Assembly (NCBI RefSeq): GCF_026210795.1
Contig: NC_089436.1
Span: forward strand, 2,294,001-2,358,000
Direction of reading: 5' to 3'
From: Rhizophagus irregularis
Lineage: Eukaryota
Length of the DNA stretch: 64,000 bases
Shown: positions 38,826 to 53,099 of the stretch, one piece after another
Numbering within the stretch: position 1 is the stretch's first letter
Layout: each line of letters begins with the position of its first letter
The notes under the pieces: model-generated
Databases searched by the model: none
What the model was told of the DNA's origin: nothing
The model's input: the letters and a program-made list of their open reading frames with translations, nothing else
Translations under genes and position numbers: made by a program

Positions 38826-40518
38826 ATGAAAAAACGACGAATGGTGGTAATTTTGCCAAACGAGAAGTGCGACCACATGGGTGGTTCTCCGCAGCAGCTG
38901 CCACTAAAACATTATTTAGAAGACAACAGCTACCATCTCGAACAACAACAGCTGCAACAAGTTATTCAAAAACGTAGAAGGTTGAATGAGAGTAGTATTC
39001 ATTTACAGCAACTTGCATTACAAGCCACTCAACCTCTTGAAGAAAATTCCTCCATTGAAAGTTCTAAACTTGGAAAGCCATGGCCTACAAATGTGGTTCG
39101 TTCTCGTTGTCCGCTGTTTTTTGGGAGTCGGTTTCGAGGAAGTGCATATATATCTTCAAAACCTAACACCATACAGAATTATTCACAACAATCTAATGAA
39201 ACTATCAAGGAATTTAAAACTTATTCAAAATCCTGTCAGTTTAAATCCTTAGAGGAAAAAGTATCTATAGTTAATAATAATAATTCTTTGGGGTCCTCAT
39301 TTCAACAAAGTATGACTTCTTCTGATAATGATGGGTCACAAAAAACGATTGATAATAATTTTAATAATCAATTGGGTAGGATCACGCATCAACAAAAAGA
39401 AGTTTCTACTGGTACTACTAACAAATGCATAATTCCCGCAGACGCGTCAGACTCCATTCGTAATCATTCTATAGCAATCACAGATCATCATGATCCAGGA
39501 AATGAGAATCAGGAATTTTCGATTCTCAATATAATTCCGTCTTTAATAAGTGAAAAGCATCGAAAAGCTGCTTTTGTTGAAAACCTTGTCGGTGAGTGAT
39601 GGGTATAGGAAAAAGAGATCCAAGAGGAGGTATACGATTTATTCTAGCGTATTAACAAACTCCTCCCACCTGCTTGAATCAAAATTGACGCTTAATTTAT
39701 AAATACATCGATCCGGCAAATTTATTACTGGACAATTTATAGATACAGCTGGCCTCATTATTGAGGTAATTTGGGCCAATTTTTCCGTAAATCCTAGTGC
39801 AAAAATTATTCCACTACGTTTATTCCTTCAAGAAACTTTGCGTCGTTCGAGGACTTCCTATTCAACTCTTCAAACTGCCTTATTCTATCTCTTTCGTATC
39901 AAACCCCAAATCTCATCCACGTCTCGACGTACCGAGCTTCCCCTAACCCCGTCTTCCGAGTATCCCCCAGATTCTAATCAAAGTCAGAATAACGACCCAG
40001 CAACCTGCGGCAGGCGTATGTTTTTAGCGGCACTAATCGTCGCATCAAAGTATCTTCAAGATCGTAATTATTCTAATCGAGCCTGGTCAAAAATATCTGG
40101 TCTACCTGTTCATGAGATAAATGCAAATGAAATTTGTTTTCTTAAACTTATTGATTACAATCTTTTCATAGCCGAGGATATATTCAAACGTTGGAGTAGT
40201 CTATTGTTAACGCATATCCAAGCTATTTCAGGTTCAGATATGAGTAATCCTGATGCGTTCAGGCGAGCAGAGAATCAGCGAGAAGTAGCATTATTTCGTG
40301 AAACTTTGAGATCTATGGATCCAAAGACGATGGATTATAAATGTTCCGGAGTTGGAATTTATCCTGTTACACCAGCTGATAGTGCTCCAAGTTCACCAAA
40401 AGAATATAATTCAGATAATATGCAAGTCTCAAATTCTTATTCATTACCCCCTGTAACTGTAACACAACAACCCACACCGCCCATATCATATGGAAATTTT
40501 GTTGATAATTATATGTGA
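38826..40518 (+). CDS. Pho85-type cyclin (Pcl5/Clg1/Pas1-like), two exons 38826-39591 and 39743-40518, about 513 aa
   Basis: GTGAGT...TTATAG intron joins in frame (FVENLV-DTAGLIIE); cyclin box ETLRRSRTSYSTLQTALFYL...CGRRMFLAALIVASKYLQDRNYSNRAWSKISGL; start codon uncertain. Confidence 0.9.
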
Positions 40519-42100
40519 TTGAGGTTTAAAAGTACATACTTTGGTATTTTGCTATAGGGATTAGGTTATAAAACAGTAAATTACTATGTTTTATAACATG
40601 ATTTTGATAGCAAATCACCAATTCAATATTTTCACCTCATTTATCATGCAATATTCCTATATTTCTAATGCCTTAATTTTTTTATTATTTACAAAGTAAA
40701 TTTCATATAGGTATTAGAAGTTCAGTTTTTTTACCTCAATGCAATAACTCACATTAAGTTATTTTAATTTTAACTGTGGGGTGATTTTAAGCTTTTTTAT
40801 ATATATATATAAGCATTTTTTCATGAACCATTTTATTGAATCATTGCATTAGATATCATAACTTTATATGATTCAGATAATATTATTAAAGGTATAATAA
40901 CATAAAATTTTTTTATTAATTTGAATAAAATTTATTTTACCTTTTATTAGAAATAATATCAAACAATTTTAAATATGTAGTTTATTAAATTCAATTAAAT
41001 ATTTATGTATATCTTTCTTTATATTTTATGAAAATAAAAATCATATTTAAGTTTACTAAATTCTCTTCTGCTTTATATTTGAAATAATATAAATAAATCT
41101 AGTCATATGTATTTTTTTATTATATTACTATTATATAATTACATATATATTTTTTTGAAATTTTGATATATTGATTAATACTAAAATAGATAATTTTGCA
41201 AAAATTCTTTAAGTTTAGGTTAGTTTATATGTAAAGTAAACTACTATTTTCTTTACTGATATAAAGAATATTTTTCTTATATATATATTATTACAATTAG
41301 TATTTGTAAACTAAAATATCTGAAATGAAAAAATAGTTAGTAACTGTTTGATACATTTAGATTTTTTCCCCTATATTTAATATTTGTTTGAAATAAATTT
41401 TACCAATACTAATTAGAAGTAATATAAATAATAGTAATATTAGAAATCAAAGAAAATATGCTATTTTTTTAAGAAAATAATAATTTCATATAACTTTATA
41501 GAAAAAATAATAAATTCATTAGACTTTTAACCAATACCTATAATTATATGAAATATAAAATCATTTTTGGATCTATACATTTATATTTAGTAATTTAGAT
41601 TATATTTCAAATTTCAAAATATAAGGAATAAAGAAAAAATTGCATATTTTTTAGAAAGGCTGAAATAGTTAGAAAAATGATAATAATAATAAAATATACT
41701 AAAATTGATAATAGAAAACAAGTATAATATATAGTAAAATAATATAATAAGAATATGTAGCAAAGTAAATAATTAATAAGAATAATTATAAAATCTATAT
41801 GATTAATTATGAATTATTATAAATTATCAAATTGAAAAGTACAATTACATTAAAAAAATTTATTATTATTAATTATTAGTAAAAAATTTATAAAAAGTTT
41901 TAAAAGATTTATATAGTTTTTACAAAATTTAGAATTAATAATTATAAATGTTTTTCTTTATTTTTTATTATAAAATAAAATGGTAAAGTTGTAAAGATTT
42001 AAATCTGACTTTATTTTTTTTATTTACAATTACCACTGGATAAAATAAACTTTTATTTCAGAAGATTTAGTTTAATATATAATGAATTTATTATATAATA

Positions 42101-42281
42101 CAGTCTACCCTTGATATAGCAAAGAAACTGTTCTGCATCTCAAATTCGTTATAGCAAGTTAATGAAGAATTTGAAGAATTTGATTGGTTACTTCATTATA
42201 GCGAGGGAAAATTGACATATTTTATTGGTTAAGTGTCACGTGATTCGTTATATAAAAATTCGCTATAGGAAGGGTAAACTG
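42101..42281. mobile_element. Tc1/pogo-type MITE
   Basis: TA-CAGTCTACCCTT...AAGGGTAAACTG-TA. Confidence 0.85.
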
Positions 42282-43144
42282 TATACTGAATTTTTTAGAA
42301 ATTTTAGGTCAAATTTGTAGTATTAACTAGAATTATAATTTTGTTTAATAAAATTTTTAAATAATTCTATCTGATATTATAAATTTGTATAAGACTAATT
42401 TTAACTTGAGATGATTTAACTTAGATAATTTAACCTACTAATAAATTTTATATAATTATATTCACCTTTATCATGTGATAAATTTGATTAGGCTGATTAA
42501 TATTTATAGTTACACTATATGTTTATATCATTTTTTTCATTTTTTTTTCCTTTTTATTTTTTTTCTTTTCTCTCTCGTTTCATTATATTTTCCTTTCTTT
42601 TTCCATTTCATTTCCTTTTTTTGTTTATTATTTTTATTTGCTTTCTTTTTTTTTCTTTTTAAAATACATTTTTTTTAGGTTTTTAGCTCTTCTGGATTTT
42701 ACAATTTCTAATACAATATTATATCTTAATACATTAAAAAGGTACATTCTCTTTTTTTTGTTAGTTTTATTTTTTAATTTTGTTCCTTTAATACTAACTA
42801 TATTTTCTTTTCTTTATGCCATTTTTTAACTCCTTTTTCTTCAACGTTTTGCTCTTAATTTGCTTTTATTTAGTCATTAACTTTTTTTATGGGTTCACTT
42901 TTAAACTTAATTATGGAGGTTTTTTTTTTTCTTTATAGTAGGTATTTTTTTTTATTCTTTAATCTTTAGATTCTTACTTATTTTCTAATTTTTATTCTTT
43001 ACTGACTATCTTTTCTTTACTCTATACTGCTCATTGATTTAATATGTTTTACTTTTCTGTCATGAATTTTACTTTTTAACTTCATAGGTTTCATCATCAT
43101 TTTATTCTTTAACTTTTTATATGAGTTTTATTCTTTATTTTTAT

Positions 43145-43537
43145 TAGTGATACCTGGCTAAACTCTTTTTACCAAAAATTTCGGTTTTGTCACCAACTAG
43201 TTTCAGTTTCGTCATTGACTAAACTATATAGTAATAATTTTTAAGTTTAAATATTAATTATATAAAATTATAGTTTTATTATAAAAATATATGAAATTAT
43301 ATTATACATATAATAGTTTTATAAATTCCTTTAAAAAATATTATATTTTAATATGAATTTATTATTATTTTTTTTTATAAGTAATTATTATAATTAAAAA
43401 TCCATGGAAATCTATAAAAAATTCATGGAAATACTATGGAATATTAAATTTCGGCATTTCGTCTTTTAATTTTAAATGTCTAAACTATTTCAGTTTAGTC
43501 AAATGACTAAATATTTCGGTTTCGCCCAGAATCTCTA
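43145..43537. mobile_element. hAT-type MITE
   Basis: TAGTGATACCTGG...CCAGAATCTCTA, 8-bp TSD ATTTTTAT. Confidence 0.8.
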
Positions 43538-46500
43538 ATTTTTATAGCTTTGTTTTTTTATTTGCTTTATTATTATCATGTATTTTTTTTATGTATATGT
43601 ATCATAATTACTATGTGGCTGTAACAGGGTGGACATTCTCATATTATCACATTATATTATTACCGATCATTTTGCCGATCATTTGTTAATTATCTATTCG
43701 ATATTATCACATAATAAAACTACCATTATGGATTATTTTTTGCAAATTCGGCTATACATAAAACTAAAATAATTTGAATTGACCATCTTAAAGGTCAAAA
43801 TGGTCAAAATTAGCCGAAATTATATTGTAGTATGTGATTATTATAATTAATAAATAATATGAAAATTCAAAATTTACAATCTCAATATATAGTGATCAGA
43901 TTTAAATGAAACATATACTATTAGATTCATCTCATTGAGAGAATTTGAATGGTTGTAAAATTATTGCAATCAGATTGATAATAACAAAGCTATTACATTT
44001 CAAAATTTTATATTATTTAGTCATTAATCATTATGTGATATAATGTAATTTTAGTGAACTTTTAATTTGACTTTTGACCTTTAAAGCCATAATATTTTAG
44101 CTTTTGGAGTTTAATTTTAGTTTCATGTATGAATTTTACATTAAATAATTTTTATTAATGGCAGCTTTTTATTTATAATGCATTTATTAAAAATAATTTA
44201 AATAAATAAAAGAAAGTTTCTATCTATATTTATATTACATATATTTACATATTGTTGTAGCTTAGCCATATATTGTACTGAATTTCATATTGATTATCTA
44301 TATTTTGTTCTGTTTACTTTAAAAGAGTTTCAATATTTTCATCTTCATAATCTTTATTTAAATCATCATCCTTTGTAATTTCAGGTATTTCATTATCCTT
44401 TAATGGCTTAAACAATCTTTTATTTAAACTAGTAATATTTGTTTTAATATTTTTTGACAAATAATTAAAGCAATACTTACATTTTTCATTAAGTATACTT
44501 AAACATTTTTTATGGTAGCTATGCCCACATATTAAAACAATATTTGATAATGAATCTGTAATATTACAATTTTCTGCATCATAAAATTTATCTTCAGTTG
44601 GTGGATTTGAAGTACTCCAAGCTAGTGGAAGAACTTTTATATTCACAATTCTATTATTAAAACTTGGAAATTCAAATGTTTCATTACCGTGATAGTAAAA
44701 ATAATGAAACCTTTTTCTCTAAAAATATTAACTTAACTTTTGAAATATTTGTATTTCTTGTATTAATAAATGCTTTTTTAAACCCTTTATCATTTCTTTC
44801 AATATCAATAATTTTTGCCTTTTGAATAATTTGGTTATCTGAATTTAACTCAACTGTTTGATATTTAAGAGAACTATAAAAATTTTCAATAAAATAGTCA
44901 TTAAATATTGGTAAATAATTTTTTAAAATATCAATAATTGGATGCTCATTTAATGTTCAATAAAACACATCACTTAAAAATATAAGTGGTGCTTTATTAT
45001 AATTATGTCTTTGTAATTTTTGAAATAAACCCCAAATTTTTACAATACTTTCTAGATATCCTTTATAAAATCTATATCTAAAAAGTTTTGCATATATTTC
45101 TAAAGTAAGTGGTAAAGAATTATCTAATAAATCTATTATTATTAAATATTTTATATCTTTTATATTTTTAAAATGATTTATAATTTTTATAATTAAATTA
45201 CGAATATTTTTTCATCCATAAAAAGTAAGATTTAATATAAAGTCAATAAGTCTTGGCTTTGGTTTTTGTACTAAAATTTTTTTTTCTCTGAAAAGATTAT
45301 GATATACCATTATTTGAAATAATATTTCTCTGCTATTTAAAAAAACATGAAGTGGCCCAATCATAGAAATTAAACTTAATATTTGAGAAGAAATTCCAGA
45401 ATTATCTTTTTTATTAAGTCTTAGTGTAATAGCTTTTCTTAAATTTATTTGACCAGGCCAATCACAAATTGTAGGAATTACATAATTGTTTAAATAATCT
45501 TCTTGTTTTATTTTTTTAAATGTAGTAAATAAAATATTTGCAGATTCAATATAATCTTTTGTATTATGTAATGTGTAATGGATGCAAAATAAAATCTACT
45601 AATTTGCTATTTTTAAAGTTTCACATGAGTCAAGCCATCTCACGAGCTGGCTCGAGTTTTTCAATCTAAGCTAAGCTGAGCCACAATTAAATTGACTCAG
45701 TGGCTCGTGAGCCAGTTTGAAAAGAGCTTGAGCCAGTAATAGGTAGAGGTTTCTGAATGTCAATCATGATGGGTCAAGTAACCCATCAAGGGTTGACTTT
45801 CATGAATTTTCAGGTCAGGAATTAATTTGAATTTGAATTTAAGCTTGGAGTCAAACCTTGCGGAGGTCACTATATAAAATTTTATTTTATGGAAACTAAA
45901 ATATCTGATATATACTTCTCAACGTAATTGATTCATTAATTACGGTATTATATCCCTGTCATATTAATTACGGACTTACGGTGACACAATTGAAATTATG
46001 GCTGATCATATGATTTTTAAAAAACTGAATATGGAGATCAATAAATTTTATCAATCTCATTTTATTTTTCTTCGGTAAAATAATTTCTTTTTAATTTTTT
46101 TATGAAGAGCGTTTACTAACGTTTCTTTAATAACTTTTTTTTTGTAGATTTCGGATTGCAACTCAGTAGGTATGGCTTTAAAGGCGGGATATATTTCTTT
46201 TTTATATATAAGAATGTTTATTAACGTTCTTTAACTTTCTTTTATAAGTTTTAGACTAGAATTTGGAATTAAAGATGAGATATTAGGTAAGATTTTAAAG
46301 AGAGTGGAAGAGGTGGGAGCGGGATTATTATTTTTAATAATATATAAGAACGTTTAAGTTATTAATGTTCTTTAACTTTTTCTTGTAGTTTTTGGACTGC
46401 AATTTGTGGGTGTAGTAAAGGGAAAGGAAGCAGAATATTATTCCTTTTATATATAAGAACGTTTACCAATATTCTTTATCTTTTCATTTGTAGATTTCAG

Positions 46501-47739
46501 ATAGAGTTTGTGGTACTGGAAATTTGAATAAATATAGATCTTTAACATTAAATATTTGAATATATTGTAATATAATACATTAATTAAAGTTGTAAAATTT
46601 AACTTAAATTTTAAATAAAGAATTACGTTAGTATAAATAATTACACCAATATAAATCAATTACGTTAGTAAAATTCAATTAGTATAATCTGATAAATCAT
46701 TTCAGTTAGCCAATTGAAAAGTTTTCTTAAAAAATAAAATTTCAGGTCCATTAGAAAATATATAAAAAAAAAATTGGTTTTACTGCCTTTACATCTTTGA
46801 TAATTTATATTAAAATTAAAAATTGTTTTTCGTTATTTAATTATTATTTAAATTATAAAAAAAAGGAGTTTTTACTGTGATCTGCTATATTTTACCAAAT
46901 ATATATAATAAGATGGATTATCAGATTCAAAATCTCTTTTTTATTTTAATATCATACAAAAATAAAATGTCTCAAAAAAACAATAATGAAGAATTTGAAT
47001 TTAATTATCATTTAAAACGAACTCGTTATATTAATATTACAGATGAAGAGGAAGAGCCTGAAGAAATACTTGATAATGAGGAAATCAGATTAGAAAACTA
47101 TCAAGAAGGAGGGTCTTACTTGAAAATAAAGATGATACTTCAAGTACCTTAAGTACATTAGACGAAAAGGATGAAAAAGGAAGCGTAGTATGAAAACATT
47201 TTGACAAATTTGTAGATAATAAAGGTACTTCATAGGCAAAATGTCGATATTGTGAGTAAGAAATGAATAAAGTTTTTAAAATATGAGATATACAAAATAA
47301 AGTCAAAATCACTGAAAAAAATATTTTTAAATTTGATAATTTGATAGAAATGGTAAATGTAATATAGACAGTGGTTCAACAGGAAACTTATTCCGTCATC
47401 TTAATAAATTACATCTGAATAAAGTTAATCCTTCTATTGCGCAACAAGCAGAAATTATAAAGAATTTTAAAAATTGTGAGTATAAATTTTTTATGATTTT
47501 TTAAGAGTTATGTTAGAAAAAAAATTTTTCAATTTTACTAAAAACAAAATATTAATTTAATAAATTATAAATTTATTTATAGAAATTTTCTAATGAACTT
47601 TTTTGTGCAAAGCTTGTCGAATGGATTGTTACAGATGATCAGCCATTTACAGTTGTTGAATTACCTGAATTTTGCTATGTAATACAAATTTGTAATGCAG
47701 AAGTACAAATTTTAACGGCGGATACTATCAAAAGTGATA

Positions 47740-49217
47740 CATATGGGCCGATTCTTGGAATCTAATTTTTTACACAAAAATAATTTTATTAAAGCAAATA
47801 TAAATTATCATTTATATAAGAATAATAAATTTATACTAGATAATGCAAAAAAAACTAATTAATTATATAATTTTTAATTTTTTTTTAATATAAGATATCA
47901 TTAAAATTTAAAAGATCAAATATAACTCTCATGACAAAATTATTGATAATTCTTCGTAGAAATAAGCTATACAAATAAATTTACATTCATTTGAAAGAGA
48001 AAATCGAGATCTATCTAATGAATTTAAAATCAAGTGAATTGAATCACTAGTTGTTCAGTAATCACGTTCAGTATATTTATTGAATTTTATCTAAATTTGA
48101 TCGTTAATTACTTCACATGTAGTGATTCAATTTGAATGATCTTTGCTCCCTAAGGTGATGCCAACTTTTATCTTTAAAATAAATTTAAAATAATTCGTTT
48201 AATATATGTAGATGTTTAGGAATCATCAATTATATTATTAATATAAAATTTTATAAGTTTGATAAAATCTGATATAAAAAAATTTATTAAATACCTGTAG
48301 ATGCAAGCTACACGAATGAAATTATATTCATTTGAAAGAGAAAATTGAGGTCTATCTAATAAGCCTAAAATCGAATGAATTGAATCACTGGATTGTGAAT
48401 AATTACGTCTAATATATTTATTTTTAATTTTTAAATTTGATTTGACTTTGATCGTTAATTACGCCTCATCCAGTGATCCAATTTTCCTGATCTTTGATTC
48501 TTACGATAGAGCAAATTCTCAGCTTTCAAATGAATGTAAAATGATGACGTTAGCATATCTCCAGGAATAATAATGCACGATTTTGTCACCTGCATAAAGT
48601 CCGATCTGAAAATTTTATTTCTTACCAAAAAATGCTTTCATAAGAGAATCCCAAATTCTTTTACTTTATTTAAAAGATTTTATTTGCCATTTAAGGATTT
48701 TAATAGAATAAATCTAATAAAATAATTTTAAAAGATAAAAAACAAATATATAATTAGTTATTTTGAAAAAAAAGAATATCTTATTATTCATTTTACAACT
48801 ATTTTACATCATAATTATTTTTTATTTGCATGTATTTTTTACAAAGAAAAACAATAAATTAAAGCTAAAAATTAAGAAAAAATATGTCTTATCTATGTAT
48901 ATAAAATATTAAGTTTTTTCTTTTACTTACCACTTAAAAATAACTGCTATATTTGCTTATAAACTTTTTTGTCATATTTAATAAAAGTGAATAGAAAAAT
49001 GATGGAAAAGTGATGGGCAGTGATGGGGAAAAAGAAGTGGTTATTACCGTTATTTTTGAATATTGATTAAAAAAATTTTTTTTATTTTTTATTAAATCTG
49101 AGTTACGTAAATATGTAACACATATTTAATTTAGATTTGTGTAATGTTAATCTTACTAAAATATTAAATTTTTATAAAAATCTTAATTTAGACTAATTCC
49201 AAAAATCGGCACATATG
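47740..49217. mobile_element. CATATG-family non-autonomous element inserted in a hAT exon
   Basis: CATATGGGCCGATTCTTGGAAT / CATATGTGCCGATTTTTGGAAT; removing it plus one A restores IKSDILKLYK. Confidence 0.9.
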
Positions 49218-50255
49218 ATCTTAAAACTGTATAAAAGTTACCATAGTATTAATATACAAAATATATTACAGGTTAGTAAATAATTTATGTTTAAAGTTAA
49301 AATTAATATTTTTTAAATAAAATTAACCTATTTTTAATTAAAGAATACTCCAGGAAAGATAAGCTTCGCTTTGGACGTATGGACTTCACCAAATGTTATT
49401 GGATTTTTTGACATAACGTGTCATTATATTGACGCTGATTAGAATATTAAAGATATTCTTGTCGATTTTGTAAATCTTTCAGGTTCTCATTTGGGCAAAA
49501 ATATGGCAAATATGTTCGTAATATGCCTTAAGGAAAAAAAAATATTAACTAAGGTTTGTACTTTGTAAACAAATTAATTTTTAATTTTTTATATATTAAT
49601 AAAAGTCAGTAAACATAATAAATCTATTTATCATTAGATTCTTGCAATTGCAACAGATAATGCGGCCAATAATAATACTTTTTTAAAATCACTTGAACAA
49701 ACTTGTGTTGAAAATTATATTGCTTTTCATCATAAAGAAAATCATGTTAGGTGTATTGCGCATATCATGAATCTTACAGTTCAGGAGATATTAAAACACA
49801 TTAGAGCTGAAGAAGCATAAGATAAGAATATAATTTTAGAAGAACTTTTAGAAAAAAATAACAAAACAAATGACATAATCCCTAAGGTAAATTAAATTAT
49901 GATTAAAAATAATTTATATAAAAAATTTAAAATAATTATTAGTTGAGAAAACTTATAGTTAAAATTCGGGCTTCACTACAGCGTCGAGACAGATTTTCAT
50001 GCCAATGTGATTTTTATCCAACTGTTAAAGATTTAAATCTTATATTGGACGTCAAGACTCACTGGAATTCTACATATTTAATGATAGAACGTGCTTTTCA
50101 ACTTCAAAAAATAAGTAAAATTTTTAATCATTAATAAATACTAATAAAATAGTAATAAATTATTGAATTTTATTTAATTTTATAACCTCTTGATGAAACA
50201 ATTAGAATTGAACCTGAATTGGAAGGATTTTCAATTTCCTCAAATGAATGGCAAA

Positions 50256-50499
50256 TAAGGTTGCTTGCCGAAACCTAAGGGTTTAGGCAAGATGGCGTTT
50301 TACCGAAAAGCGAAATTCTGCCGAAACTATATTAAAGTTATATTAAAAAACTGGCGAAACTTTGGAGAAAGGCGAAACTGCCGAAACTTATTATAAATGC
50401 CGAAACTGCTGAAACTCTACCGAAACTATAATAAATCTATAGTAAAATTTTGATGAAATTAATCGTAGGATTTTGAGGAGGTTTAGACAAGCAACCTTA
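50256..50499. mobile_element. hAT-type MITE, TAAGGTTGC family copy 4
   Basis: Same TIRs, TSD ATGGCAAA. Confidence 0.95.
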
Positions 50500-50890
50500 A
50501 TGGCAAACATTAAAAGAATTATGTTGTGTATTTGCGGTAATGGTTTTTTATTAAATTTTATTGCAATTTGTTCTTTTTATTTATTTTTAATTTAAAATTT
50601 AGGTTTTTTATAAAGCAACTGAAGAAATGTTAAAGTCAAAATTTATTACACTTTCATCTTTCATTCCAATATATAATGTTTTACTTGATCATTTAGAAAA
50701 TCTTCTTGATAAAAATAATAAAGACCATTATTGTCCAATTTCAGAATTAAGATCTGCTATAAAAAAAGGATACGAAAAACTTCAAATATACTATTCTAAG
50801 ACAGATAAATCAATTGTATACCAATTGCAACAAGTAAAAATTAATTTTTAAATCTTATATTTATATTTTTGATGATAATTCAGATTATTA

Positions 50891-51412
50891 CATCAGGAAA
50901 TTTGTTTAGGCATAATTTAGTGTAATATTTCGGAGGTGGTGTAAAATTTCGAAATATTACACTAAAAACGTAATATTACAAAAGTTTACGCTCTTAAATT
51001 TGAATAATAATAGTAATTTAAGAATATCTCGCTATCTACTGATCCAATCAAGACGATCTATAGCTCATTGGAATCAGCTCATCAAGTCGAATCGAATGGT
51101 AGTAAAATCATATCTCTACGTTCGATAGATGACTTTCTATTAATTTAAAACTTTATTGCATACTATAGAGTGTTCTATCAACTGTAGAAATGCGATTTTA
51201 CTACCATTCGATTCGTCTTGATAAGCTGATTCCAATGAGCTATAGATCGTCTTGATTGGATCAGTAGATAGCGAGATATTCTTAAATTACTATAATTATT
51301 CAAATTTAAAAGTGTAAACTTTTGTAATATTACGTTTTTAGTGTAATATTTCAAAATTTTACACCACCTTCGAAATATTACACTAAATTACGCCTAAACA
51401 AATTTCCTGATG
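50891..51412. mobile_element. Fold-back MITE with ~220-bp near-perfect arms
   Basis: TA-CATCAGGAAATTTGTTTAGGC...GCCTAAACAAATTTCCTGATG-TA. Confidence 0.9.
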
Positions 51413-52537
51413 TACTTATTTATATGCATTTTATCATTTTTTAGTTCTGGATTCAAGAATAAAACTAAAATATTATAAATAACAAGAATGGGAAGAAAAG
51501 TATATTAATGAAGCAATAAAAATTATTAAGAAGCAGTATAATGAAAATTATCAAGATGATTCATTTAATAATGATCTTAGAGCTCAGAAAATTGATTTGA
51601 ATAATTTTTTTAGTCTTTTTGAAATGGGTGATGATAATGATTCTTCTAATAAAGATGAATTAGAAGAGTATCTTTGTAAACCTGCAGTTAATTTTAAGAC
51701 AGATCCACTATAATGGTGGAAAGTAAGTAAATTTTTTATAATTAATTTATTAGCATCTAATACTTTAAATTAATCTAAATGTAACTATATTATTATAGGC
51801 ACACAAAGCTACCTATCCGCATCTGGCAAAGATGGCACGAGACTATTTAACGATCCTAGGTAAGTATTTATTTGAATTTTTTATTTAACTTTTTCTAAGT
51901 TCTAACTTTTATAATTTTTAATAATAGGGACTAGTGTACCAGTTGAACGAATATTTTCTGGTGGATCTGATTTAATAACAAAAAGATGCTCTAGCTTGAA
52001 ACCAGAAACTATTCAGATGTGCATGTGCTTAAAAAATTGGATAAAATATCTTCAATAAATTAATAAATGGAGATAACTGAGCTGATCACTTTTTAAGATT
52101 TTATTAATTATTATAATGATAATTTTTCAGAAAATTTTCTATTCATATTTTTTCTTTCATAACATTAATTTAGATTAGTAATTTCTTTCTATTTTTTTAA
52201 ATTTATTAATTATTATGTAATAGCCAATACAAGACAAATAAAATCAAACTGTGAATTTTAATTCTTAAATTTATTATAAATTTATATATGTTATTTAATG
52301 TGTAAATTATAAAATCAATTAAAAAAATATAAATATGTTATAATTTTTAACTTACAGATCGGCTGTAGTGTACCTGATCTAATCTGAAATATTAACCCAT
52401 GGGTTAGGTCAGGTTAAAACTTTTTATAATCAGGTTGACATTTAACCTGATCAAAAAAAATGAAATGTGTCGAGGTCAAGCAATTACCTGACCTAACCTG
52501 ACCCATTTGGAGGCTCGTAATAGGGGTACCCAGCTCA

Positions 52538-53037
52538 CACGAGTTGAAAAGTAAATCGATCGCAATCAGGTAGCTGATTGGTGACCGATTGGTAACTAAT
52601 TGGCATTTTCATTTATAAATACTGCTATTAATCAGGCAATTTGTATTAACTTTTGATCCAAATGTATTAAAAGGATTTAAATATATTGGAATCGTCTCAA
52701 CAAGACAAATCTAATGGTAGTAAAATCACATTTCTAGGATTAATATTTGATGAGAAATTAAGTAAAATATAAAAATAAAAATGTATTATTTATATTTTAT
52801 TTAATTTTTTATTAACTATTAATCCTAAAAATGCGATTTTACTACCATTAGATTCATTTTGTTGAGACGATTCCAATGAGCTATATTTCATTTTTTCTGA
52901 TCACTGGATCAAAAGTTAGCAAACTGCGAAAATACCAATCGGTCACCAATTAGTCATCAATTAGTCACCAATCAGTTACCTAATTGGTGACCGATCGGTG
53001 ACTGATTAATGCCTAATTTTTCACTTTTTGACCTGTA
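52538..53037. mobile_element. CACTA-like MITE with GATTGGTGA repeats, copy 2
   Basis: CACGAGTTGAAAAGT...ACTTTTTGACCTGTA, 3-bp TSD TCA. Confidence 0.85.
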
Positions 53038-53099
53038 TCAAAAAACTCAAGCCAGTAATAGGTTTGGCTCAAAAAGCTCAAGCTGGCTTGAGTTATCAT

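Larger units (their letters stand above)
46967..52058 (+). pseudogene. BED-finger hAT transposase, multi-exon, disrupted
   Basis: AKCRYC, STGNLFRHL, DDQPFTVVE, ALDVWTS, TDNAANN, RCIAHIMNL, HWNSTYLM, YPHLAKMARDYL, TSVPVERIFS. Confidence 0.92.
45744..52516 (+). mobile_element. hAT (BED finger) element
   Basis: 8-bp TSD GTAATAGG at 45736-45743 and 52517-52524; GGTCA/TGACC subterminal repeats; contains transposase pseudogene. Confidence 0.85.

Noticed and set aside
42475..43130. Phe-rich ORFs that look like membrane proteins
   Set aside because: Artefact of T-rich low-complexity sequence.
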